From: a virus
Lineage: Duplodnaviria > Caudoviricetes
Length of the DNA: 39,820 nucleotides
Virus record (IMG/VR): IMGVR_UViG_3300048886_000193
Location: 1-39,820 of that record
Strand: one strand, 5' to 3'
In this document: positions 1 to 7,216 of the stretch, piece by piece
Position numbering within the stretch: the first letter of the stretch is position 1
How the letters are laid out: each line of letters begins with the position of its first letter
The notes under the pieces: generated by a model
The model's input: only the letters and a program-made list of their open reading frames with translations
Told to the model about the DNA's origin: nothing
The model's database searches: none
Made by a program: the position numbers and the translations under genes

Positions 1-205
1 TAAGGGTGGGGGATTCATCAAAGAATTCTCATAAGCTGCTCACTCACAAGACAACACGAAGGGAACACAAGGATGGGCGCGTAGAGTTCCGGTTCTCTGT
101 GGATGACGTGTTAATAAAACAGGCAATCCTGAAGGGTGAGATACTGGAGGTTCACTCTCGGTTCGATTACATAGATACTAAACCAACTGTCCCTGCTTGC
201 CCTAG
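1..205. repeat. Terminal direct repeat, left copy (205 bp)
   Basis: Identical to 39616-39820 except 128 C/T and 133 A/G. Confidence 0.97.
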
Positions 206-275
206 CTGTGGGTATGGCGGGTACTACGACGAAACAGCAAAGGAAATCGCAATGTTCAGAAAGGAAATGAAATGA
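1..275 (+). CDS. 3' part of a 121-aa hypothetical protein that starts at 39525 and wraps the circular junction; C-terminal CPSCG knuckle
   Basis: ATG at 39525 is in frame with GTG 39621 (= position 6); stop overlaps the next start (ATGA at 272-275). Confidence 0.85.
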   Translation, partial: RVGDSSKNSHKLLTHKTTRREHKDGRVEFRFSVDDVLIKQAILKGEILEVHSRFDYIDTKPTVPACPSCGYGGYYDETAKEIAMFRKEMK

Positions 276-658
276 AATACAATCCAAGTGAAGCATTAGA
301 AAAGGCAAGGAAAATACTAGCCAAGAAGGAGGAGCAACTTGAGTTAATGAAGCAGCTAATCAGGAGGCTGGAGATGGAGGCGGCTTGGCCTGAACTGATT
401 GGTAGAGAGGCGATTAAGCTAGTCGGAGTGGAAGACGATAAGTGGTGGCTGATGGACGTAGAGAGTGTGCTCTATGCTGGAAAGGGTCGGGTCAAGAGCG
501 ATAAGGAGTTAGTCAGGGTTAGCGTGGCACTATCGCCGGACTCAATGCTCCGAGAGTACATGAGCCACAAAAAGGACGACCTGTGCCGTGCTGCCAAGAA
601 GGAAACCTATAGAAGAAGGAACATAGAGAGAAGGAGAAAGGAGTTAGCCAATGAGTAA
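272..658 (+). CDS. Hypothetical protein (128 aa)
   Basis: ATGA coupling with the upstream gene; part of a tightly packed operon. Confidence 0.8.
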   Translation: MKYNPSEALEKARKILAKKEEQLELMKQLIRRLEMEAAWPELIGREAIKLVGVEDDKWWLMDVESVLYAGKGRVKSDKELVRVSVALSPDSMLREYMSHKKDDLCRAAKKETYRRRNIERRRKELANE

Positions 659-821
659 ACCTGAATCATTCTGGCCGTCCGATATGCGAGAACAGACAAA
701 GGATGACCGTGACCGTGAGCACTACATGGAGGCTCTGGCTGCGATGCCCAAGAAGGAACCCAAGCCAAAGAAATTTCTTAAATCAGGGCAATTGCGCGAA
801 GGAGAAAACACCACATTTTAA
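651..821 (+). CDS. Small hypothetical protein (56 aa, MSKPESFWPSD...), absent from the ORF track
   Basis: AAGGAG upstream of ATG 651; overlaps the previous stop; hand translation is open to TAA 819-821. Confidence 0.7.
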   Translation: MSKPESFWPSDMREQTKDDRDREHYMEALAAMPKKEPKPKKFLKSGQLREGENTTF

Positions 822-871
822 GAAACTTTCAGCCGTGTATCGGTGTATGAAAACCATTTTTAAGAAACTTT
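816..871. repeat. 14-bp direct repeat TTTTAAGAAACTTT (816-829, 858-871)
   Basis: Exact repeat with 42-bp period upstream of the DUF932 gene. Confidence 0.85.
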
Positions 872-915
872 GCCTGTCATAGTGGCGGGTAATTAACCAG
901 AGAAAGAAACCAATA

Positions 916-2073
916 ATGAAGAGAAAGATAAAGACCGAGAGTGGGCCTGATGCTTACAACGTCAGAACCAGAGTCGGTAAAATCAAAGACGAGAACGGTA
1001 GAACAGTGGGTGGCAGAAGAGGCATCTACAGTGAGGCTACTGGTGAACTCCTTGGCATCCACAGCCTGAACTATGGCCACGTACAGTATGCTGACATGAA
1101 GGAGGTTACTGACAACGCCATACTAATCAGTGATCTGGGTGTGGGAAAAGAGCAGATCGACTTCTCATCAACTCTATACCAGTCAAGTCAGTGCGGAGTA
1201 GAGACTGGTGGTGAGGTAATAGACAATGAGACTGGAGCAAGGAGTCCTATAACCCTAGAGGGTGCAATGGGAGGCAGAGCTACGATGAAGTGGCGTATCC
1301 CTACGTTCCAGCAGAAGGAGATAGTAACTGGAGATGCACTTAGCTTCTTCTTTGAGATTGACTCAAGCCATGACGGTGGTTGGGCCATCACGCAGAGGAC
1401 AGGCATCGAGAGAGTGGCTTGTCTTAACGGATGGGTCAAGGAGGACACAGTTAAGAAGTCCAAGTTCAAGCACACAAAGTACATCGACATACAGATGCTT
1501 GTTCAGAGGATCAATGAGTCACTGGATGTGTTCAAGGAAGGCGTCAGGCAATACGGCACTCTGTTTGTCGATATGAATGACACCGCAATCAACCACTACG
1601 AGGGGCTTAACATGATAACCAACATGGGCTTCCAGAAGAAAGATAAGGAGAACATCCTGTCACTATGGAAGCAACCCTACCAGTGGCGTGGATACACTGA
1701 CGACAGGAGGCCAGCACAGGCAGCATGGGACAGACCGGAGCCGGGATTCGACAGCATAGAGCTGGACGGGCAACGCTGGAAGAAGCCGCAGATAGGTTCC
1801 GCATACAGCAATGCCAAAGTCGGAGACCTGTTCAACTGCATCACGCAACACCTCACCCATACGTGCAAGAGCAGGTTGTATGCTGCACAGAAGGGGCGGA
1901 AGGCATTCAATGACCTGATTGCATTCGTCGGGCGCGACAGGTACAGCAAGGAATCATTGAGGCTGACCTGCGAAGCTCCACCCATAACCCGCAACAGGAC
2001 AAAGAAGGAAGTTAACCCTCTGGTTGTCACGCAGGACGCGATTGCCGAGGCGGAACAATTCCCTCTGTTCTAG
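916..2073 (+). CDS. DUF932/DUF945 family phage-plasmid protein
   Basis: DSSHDGG...IERVACLNG matches the family signature N/S-S-H-D-G...R-x-x-C-x-N-G; C-terminal DLFNCITQHLTH. Confidence 0.8.
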   Translation: MKRKIKTESGPDAYNVRTRVGKIKDENGRTVGGRRGIYSEATGELLGIHSLNYGHVQYADMKEVTDNAILISDLGVGKEQIDFSSTLYQSSQCGVETGGEVIDNETGARSPITLEGAMGGRATMKWRIPTFQQKEIVTGDALSFFFEIDSSHDGGWAITQRTGIERVACLNGWVKEDTVKKSKFKHTKYIDIQMLVQRINESLDVFKEGVRQYGTLFVDMNDTAINHYEGLNMITNMGFQKKDKENILSLWKQPYQWRGYTDDRRPAQAAWDRPEPGFDSIELDGQRWKKPQIGSAYSNAKVGDLFNCITQHLTHTCKSRLYAAQKGRKAFNDLIAFVGRDRYSKESLRLTCEAPPITRNRTKKEVNPLVVTQDAIAEAEQFPLF

Positions 2074-2087
2074 GATGAGAGAGAATA

Positions 2088-2181
2088 GGGGAGGCAGGGG
2101 GTTGTAGATACCATTTACCCTGCCTCCCCGCAGCCAAGGAGGCTAGACGACGAGGAGTCGCGAAAGAATCAATACGACTTC
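2088..2181 (+). other. Intergenic stem-loop cluster
   Basis: Perfect 12-bp stem GGGGAGGCAGGG/CCCTGCCTCCCC (2088-2099/2118-2129), then AGCC/GGCT and GGAGTCG/CGACTTC hairpins; no U-tract. Confidence 0.7.
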
Positions 2182-2208
2182 AGCGAGTATAATCAACAGA
2201 AACTTATT

Positions 2209-2472
2209 ATGCAAACTAACTGGGTACTCCCCTTGAACATCACAAGCAAGCCGTTTGAGACTAAGTTCATGGGAGAGATAGAAGAGATTCCAATGTTCAG
2301 TGTAGTCACAGCTATGGGTAACGCCGTTGGGCCGAGACTACTGAAAGGTACGCTGCCTCCGGAGATAGAGAACTGGGGGCCGTTTACATCCGAGGAAAAT
2401 GCCGAGCAGTTAAAGGCCAGACTGGAGCGGCATTTCAATGATTGGCCAAAGAAAAGGAGGAGATACAAATGA
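2209..2472 (+). CDS. Hypothetical protein (87 aa)
   Basis: ORF coupled by ATGA to the next gene. Confidence 0.75.
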   Translation: MQTNWVLPLNITSKPFETKFMGEIEEIPMFSVVTAMGNAVGPRLLKGTLPPEIENWGPFTSEENAEQLKARLERHFNDWPKKRRRYK

Positions 2473-2990
2473 AGAAACTAATAGTGGAATTAATTACGTC
2501 AATTAAACCCCTTTACATATTATCAATGATGCTGGGAATGTCGGCATCGGGACAACTACGCCACAGCAATGTGACTTGGGAGTTGGTTGAAGCCATCCGT
2601 CAGGTGGAAGCGTGTCCAAGGAAACAACACATAGGCAAGTGCTGCACCGGAGACTACGGAACGTCGAGAGGGCAGTGGCAGTTCAAGGCAATAGCTTGGA
2701 AGGATGTCAACATAACAAGGGCAAGGTACAAGCTACTTCAACACTCATACACTGATGTCTGGAAGGAGCACGTATCTCGCGCATATGCACATGACTACCT
2801 TGAGATATTGCGGGGCAGGTTCCTCGGCAGAAAGGGTAGGGAGCCTATGATATGTGAGCTATGGTGCGTTTGGAACTTGGGATTCGAGAACTACTTTGTT
2901 AAGTATGAAGGCGACATTACCAAGTGCCCACGATCAACAATAAAGAACGCGATGATACTGGAAGGTATTGTCAAAAGGGAAATGAGGTAA
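2469..2990 (+). CDS. Lysozyme-fold peptidoglycan hydrolase/lytic transglycosylase with hydrophobic N-terminus
   Basis: AIRQVE (candidate catalytic Glu)...GDYGTSRGQWQF...W-x-D...WNLG pattern of the lysozyme-like superfamily; start placed at the ATGA overlap at 2469. Confidence 0.7.
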   Translation: MKKLIVELITSIKPLYILSMMLGMSASGQLRHSNVTWELVEAIRQVEACPRKQHIGKCCTGDYGTSRGQWQFKAIAWKDVNITRARYKLLQHSYTDVWKEHVSRAYAHDYLEILRGRFLGRKGREPMICELWCVWNLGFENYFVKYEGDITKCPRSTIKNAMILEGIVKREMR

Positions 2991-2994
2991 GGGA

Positions 2995-3192
2995 ATGGGA
3001 GCAGTATTTGCCAACAGTATCAGGCACGGCATATTGGAGAGAAGCCCGTTCTGGGACAGGAAGAGGAGAGCATTAGAAACTCTGCATAAGATGTACTTGG
3101 AGGACATAGAAGAGGGATCACTGGATGAGTGTTGCCCGATGACATTCCCTGAGTTCGCACAGTCGGAGTTTGAAAACGTAAAGGAGAACTAA
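2995..3192 (+). CDS. Hypothetical protein (65 aa)
   Basis: ORF fills the operon gap; purine-rich RBS region. Confidence 0.7.
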   Translation: MGAVFANSIRHGILERSPFWDRKRRALETLHKMYLEDIEEGSLDECCPMTFPEFAQSEFENVKEN

Positions 3193-3193
3193 A

Positions 3194-3385
3194 ATGGATC
3201 AACTAATAAGCAGGAGCAAGACAAAGAAATATATAAAGGAAGTAGCCAAGAGGACGAGAGGAGGCAGGTTTACGAGAGTGGCCGAGAGCTTCATTGACGA
3301 GCTTGAGAGCGACTTCAGGGTTCGGATACACAACAAGATACACAGGCATCCATCCATAGGTAAGACCTTAATGGGTGAAGAGTAA
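3194..3385 (+). CDS. Putative bacterial-type histone-fold protein (63 aa)
   Basis: LISRSKTKKYIKE (alpha1), RV (L1), FIDELE (alpha2), GKTLM (L2); AAGGAG RBS. Confidence 0.7.
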   Translation: MDQLISRSKTKKYIKEVAKRTRGGRFTRVAESFIDELESDFRVRIHNKIHRHPSIGKTLMGEE

Positions 3386-3388
3386 TCA

Positions 3389-3418
3389 TTGACTCGTATA
3401 TACTGGTGTATGTATGAT
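3389..3418 (+). promoter_or_regulatory. Sigma70-type promoter TTGACT-N18-TATGAT
   Basis: Both hexamers match consensus at 5/6; predicted start about 3425. Confidence 0.65.
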
Positions 3419-3424
3419 CCCGCC

Positions 3425-3610
3425 GTGAGAGTTAAGAAGCTACCAAGCTACAAGGATGGTAAGACCATGAGGACGTACAGGTTTTCGGGTGCTACCATAG
3501 AGAGACTGCGAGAGCTGGCCAAGGGTACGGGAAAGACAATGACCCAAGTGCTAGAGGAACTGATTCACGCTGCGGAGGTTGATGATGAATTCGAGACAGA
3601 AGGGAGCTAG
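3425..3610 (+). CDS. Ribbon-helix-helix (CopG/Arc-like) DNA-binding protein
   Basis: MRTYRFS beta ribbon followed by TIERLRELAKGTGKTMTQVLEELI helices; the ORF-track TTG start at 3389 coincides with the -35 box. Confidence 0.75.
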   Translation: MRVKKLPSYKDGKTMRTYRFSGATIERLRELAKGTGKTMTQVLEELIHAAEVDDEFETEGS

Positions 3611-3926
3611 AGGAGAGCGAATGTGGAGGGACGTCCTGAGGTCTCACGGATACGAGGCAATCAGGGGGTGTCAAAATGCAGGGCGGGGAGCCGGAGGTCA
3701 GGAAGCACCCGATGTCATCTGCAACCTACCCATACACTTCGAGGTCAAGTTCGTGGAGAAACTAAATTTAGGCAACGCAATGGCTCAGGCTATCCGTGAC
3801 TGCGGAGACAGTATGCCAGCGGTTGCACATAAAAGATCACGGGAGGATTGGCTAATCACATTGAACGCCGATACCTTCCTCCAGATTCTAAGAGGCGATA
3901 TAGTCCTCAAGGAAACAGAGAAATGA
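3585..3926 (+). CDS. PD-(D/E)XK Holliday junction resolvase-like nuclease
   Basis: NSRQKGARGER...PDVI...FEVK; GGAGG RBS before ATG 3585. Confidence 0.8.
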   Translation: MNSRQKGARGERMWRDVLRSHGYEAIRGCQNAGRGAGGQEAPDVICNLPIHFEVKFVEKLNLGNAMAQAIRDCGDSMPAVAHKRSREDWLITLNADTFLQILRGDIVLKETEK

Positions 3927-4585
3927 AAGAAGAACAACAAGAAACCAGAGAGGGGTCAGTCGAGGTAGCAATACCTAATGATTGGCCATTACACAGTGAT
4001 AGTATAGCCGGAGTAGCAGGGGCATTGTCCAAGCTGCAAGGTGAACTACCACTCATCAAGCAAACAGGCTATAACCCACACTTCAAGAATAAGTTCTGCG
4101 AGGTGAGGGAGATAGTCAGAGCAACATACCCATTGCTGTCCAAGTACGGGCTTGCTCTAACTCAGCTAACGAAACCCCACAAGGGAACGCTATGGCTGGT
4201 GACTGTGCTCATGCACGAGAAGACAGGCGAATGGTTGAAGGGCTATTGGCCGATGGTTCCTGAGCGTAAGGGACAACAAGCACTGGGTAGTGAGCATACC
4301 TATGCCAGACGGAGGGGCTTAGAGAGCATCCTCGCGCTTGGGACAGGTGACAATGACGACGATGGTGAAATCACGGAGGGAAGGAGCAACTTCACTGCTG
4401 CCGACTCATTGATCCAGAGACTAGAGGAATTGATTGGAGACCACGAGGAGTCTGTCAACAACTTCCTAATAAACAATAACGTGATTAAGCAGAAGCAGAC
4501 ATTCAGGGATGTGGATGAGAAGACTGCTGCTGAAATCGTTAAGAGACCCAGCGACCTAATTGCAAAGGCTACCAACGGGAGTTAG
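3923..4585 (+). CDS. erf: ERF family single-strand annealing protein
   Basis: NPHFKNKF and GSEHTYARRRGL...DDDGE motifs; start at the ATGA overlap at 3923. Confidence 0.88.
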   Translation: MKEEQQETREGSVEVAIPNDWPLHSDSIAGVAGALSKLQGELPLIKQTGYNPHFKNKFCEVREIVRATYPLLSKYGLALTQLTKPHKGTLWLVTVLMHEKTGEWLKGYWPMVPERKGQQALGSEHTYARRRGLESILALGTGDNDDDGEITEGRSNFTAADSLIQRLEELIGDHEESVNNFLINNNVIKQKQTFRDVDEKTAAEIVKRPSDLIAKATNGS

Positions 4586-4590
4586 GCGCA

Positions 4591-4776
4591 ATGGGAAGGG
4601 GGTCGGTCAATAAGAAGGGGGACAACATTGATCGGCCCCCCACTATCAAGGAGTGCAAGGAGTTCAACAGGGCGTACAACAAATGGCACAGGAAAAGATA
4701 TGGGAATAATGACGACAAAGACATTCGGGAGCGAACCGGAGAAGAGGAATCTGGCAGAGACAAGGCATCATCCTGA
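4591..4776 (+). CDS. Small hypothetical protein (61 aa)
   Basis: Starts 5 nt after the erf stop; overlaps the next ORF. Confidence 0.55.
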   Translation: MGRGSVNKKGDNIDRPPTIKECKEFNRAYNKWHRKRYGNNDDKDIRERTGEEESGRDKASS

Positions 4777-4915
4777 TCTCTCACCTTCCTCATTTCCGGC
4801 CTTCAAAACGTGTCCATGCTACAAGTCCGGAAGCGGAGGCAATAGCGAGGCACTAGACAGGGGAAATAAACTGCACGAACAGCTACATGAAATACTAACA
4901 TCACATGAAATATGA
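4709..4915 (+). CDS. N-terminal part of a DUF2800/Cas4-like PD-(D/E)XK exonuclease
   Basis: HHPDLSPSS...CP...ALDRGNKLHE corresponds to the H-x-x-L-S-P-S...C-P...G-T-x-x-H N-terminus of this family; start could be 4700 or 4709. Confidence 0.7.
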   Translation: MTTKTFGSEPEKRNLAETRHHPDLSPSSFPAFKTCPCYKSGSGGNSEALDRGNKLHEQLHEILTSHEI

Positions 4916-5741
4916 CAAGGAGGCCGTCTTAGCTGCTGACTACATAAGGACAGTGGCGAACGGCAAGAAGATAGAGACGGAACAGGAGGTGACTCTCTAC
5001 AGGGACGACGAGGAGGTAACATTCGGAACCTTTGACGCCTACTGTGAGGGACACCTGTTCGACCTAAAGACAGGGAGAGAACGGAGAAACTATGTACCCC
5101 AGATGGCGGTCTATGTGGCTGCAATATGCCAGAGGGACAACATCGACAGGATAGAGGTTCACTTGTTCTATTCCGCGTTCAATAAGGTTGACAAGTTCAC
5201 ACTCACTAGGGAGGAGGCGGAAGAGTTATCCTACAAGATAATAGACTCCGTTAATGACCCTACAAGATCACCGTACACCAGCGAGTATTGTAACTGGTGC
5301 GCGAGGAAGGGAAGCTGCACTGCACTAAACACCATGTCCCTCACTATAGCTGAGAAGCTGGATATGGTAACGAAGTACGACATAGCTGCGATAGATGATC
5401 CAGTAATCATGGGCCAATACCGAGAGGTTGCGGATGCCGTTGAGTGCTGGGCCAAGGCAGTCAAGTCCAAGTGTGGCGACTTTAATGAGATTCAGGGATA
5501 CTCCAAGACTACTCGAAAGGGTAAGAAGACTATCACTGATATAACAGGGGCATTGATACACTCAGGTCTACCATCGGAGCAATTCGTTAAGGCTTGCACA
5601 ATATCGTACCCAAAGTTAAAGAAGCAATTTGCTGAACATGAAGGAGTCAGCGAAGAAGAAGCAGATAAGGAACTGACCCACCGTATCTCTTCAGTAACCA
5701 AGGAGGGTCATCCGGTTAGATACTGGAGAAAGGATAAATAA
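4905..5741 (+). CDS. Catalytic part of a DUF2800/Cas4-like PD-(D/E)XK exonuclease
   Basis: IETEQ...GTFD...FDLKTG...QMAVY...CNWC...C motifs. Confidence 0.82.
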   Translation: MKYDKEAVLAADYIRTVANGKKIETEQEVTLYRDDEEVTFGTFDAYCEGHLFDLKTGRERRNYVPQMAVYVAAICQRDNIDRIEVHLFYSAFNKVDKFTLTREEAEELSYKIIDSVNDPTRSPYTSEYCNWCARKGSCTALNTMSLTIAEKLDMVTKYDIAAIDDPVIMGQYREVADAVECWAKAVKSKCGDFNEIQGYSKTTRKGKKTITDITGALIHSGLPSEQFVKACTISYPKLKKQFAEHEGVSEEEADKELTHRISSVTKEGHPVRYWRKDK

Positions 5742-5746
5742 GCCAT

Positions 5747-6025
5747 ATGGCACAAACAAAACTAGCAAGCGGTGTTCTGATGAAGAATGATCGCAAAATT
5801 GATAACGACGACTCGGACGAGAACAAGAAACGCCCTGACTATACAGGCCCAGCGACGGTAATAACCGCTGGAGTTGAAGTTGAGGGTGAAGTGGCGTCTT
5901 GGATAAAGATAGCCACCAAGGATAGCGCAAGACTGAAGACTGGAGACAAGTATATGTCGTTCCAGATCAAAGAGAAATGGAAAGGCGATGTCCCTTCAGA
6001 AGAAATAGACCAGCCTAAGTTCTAA
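5747..6025 (+). CDS. DUF736-like putative single-stranded DNA-binding protein
   Basis: NDRK...RPDYTG...ASW...GDKYMS pattern and an acidic tail ending in F. Confidence 0.65.
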   Translation: MAQTKLASGVLMKNDRKIDNDDSDENKKRPDYTGPATVITAGVEVEGEVASWIKIATKDSARLKTGDKYMSFQIKEKWKGDVPSEEIDQPKF

Positions 6026-6027
6026 TC

Positions 6028-6492
6028 ATGGCGAGGGCTAAACATTGGGAGTCGTATGCTAAACACAAATGGGGAGACGAGGCTCCAAAGTTCTACCCCA
6101 CCAAGGATGAAAAGGGTGTCATAGATCGTGTGGTTAACGCCGCATCGGCTGTGTCCGGAGTTAGCCAAGGCTGCATAGTTGGCCGAAGCAGAGTGCCGGA
6201 TATATGTGACATCCGATTCATTGTGTATTACATAACCAAACAGAAGACGCCAAATTGCTCAATCGCAAAAGTAGGCAGACTGTTTGGGCGAGACCACGGT
6301 ACTATACTGAATGGTCTAAAGAAAGTCCGATCAAGACAACAGGGTAACGAAACAGCGTTCAGGGAGTTCAGAAAACTGCACGCTCGTATAGAGAGAAAGT
6401 ACGACGAGTATGAGAACAACCCCGAACGTATGGTACAGGAACTCGGTCTACATGATGGACGACAAGGAGATGATCTACCTACAGAAGCGTGA
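6028..6492 (+). CDS. Protein with a DnaA C-terminal (domain IV) DNA-binding domain
   Basis: GRSR...RFIVYY...SIAKVGRLFGRDHGTILNGLKKV matches the DnaA domain IV signature (RDHTTV). Confidence 0.85.
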   Translation: MARAKHWESYAKHKWGDEAPKFYPTKDEKGVIDRVVNAASAVSGVSQGCIVGRSRVPDICDIRFIVYYITKQKTPNCSIAKVGRLFGRDHGTILNGLKKVRSRQQGNETAFREFRKLHARIERKYDEYENNPERMVQELGLHDGRQGDDLPTEA

Positions 6493-7204
6493 CAGTGCTA
6501 GTTGCGCCGTATGGGAGTGGATCAAATCAGACTGCTGGAAGCGTACCCGACCTGACCTGAGGGAGTTATCCCCTATCGAGAAGGAAGGAGTTGCCGGAGA
6601 CCTCGGCATAGACGTTGAACGGTTCGATGCGATAGTCGATAGGCTTCGTAACGAGGTTCAATGGATGAACGCTAACGGCGAAATCAAGGGCTGGGACAAA
6701 TGGCAATCTGTCAACACCAAGGTGGAGGATGCCGCGAGAAAGAGAGTTGAGTATTGGAAGGCACGGACTGATGAGTACGATACGCCTGAACTACCTGACC
6801 CTCTGGACACGACGGAATTCAGAATAGCTTGGGAAGAGTACGAGAAGTACAGGAGACAGAACGGCTGGAAGAAGCTCAAGCCCATGTCAGTAAGCAAACT
6901 GTGGGGAGAGATAGTCTCATGGGGAGGCGTGGATCAAGGTATTGCCGCGATTAACCAGACGATAACTAAAGGTTGGCAGGGTATATTCCCGCCGAAGGAA
7001 GGTGTCGCTGGTAAGATGGAAGGCAAGAAAACATCCTACGCTGGTAAACTATGGGCACTTGAAACCCACAAGAAATCCTTACAGGACGAACTGAACCAAC
7101 TCAGAGAATGGGGAGGGGCAGAGAAGAAAGACGAAAGGATAGCAATATCACAGAAAATAAGGGAGATCGGGGGTAAGATTAAGAACCTCGACCCTGAAGT
7201 ATAG
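6410..7204 (+). CDS. Phage replication initiator-like protein
   Basis: N-terminal wHTH-like block ending IKGWDKWQ...AARKR; C-terminal AWEEY..YR...AINQTITKGWQGIF block; position after recombination genes. Confidence 0.65.
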   Translation: MRTTPNVWYRNSVYMMDDKEMIYLQKRDSASCAVWEWIKSDCWKRTRPDLRELSPIEKEGVAGDLGIDVERFDAIVDRLRNEVQWMNANGEIKGWDKWQSVNTKVEDAARKRVEYWKARTDEYDTPELPDPLDTTEFRIAWEEYEKYRRQNGWKKLKPMSVSKLWGEIVSWGGVDQGIAAINQTITKGWQGIFPPKEGVAGKMEGKKTSYAGKLWALETHKKSLQDELNQLREWGGAEKKDERIAISQKIREIGGKIKNLDPEV

Positions 7205-7216
7205 AAACTAAACAAC

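Noticed and set aside
4905-5741. Cas4 as evidence of a CRISPR system
   Set aside because: There is no array or other cas gene; the context beside ERF and SSB indicates a recombination exonuclease.
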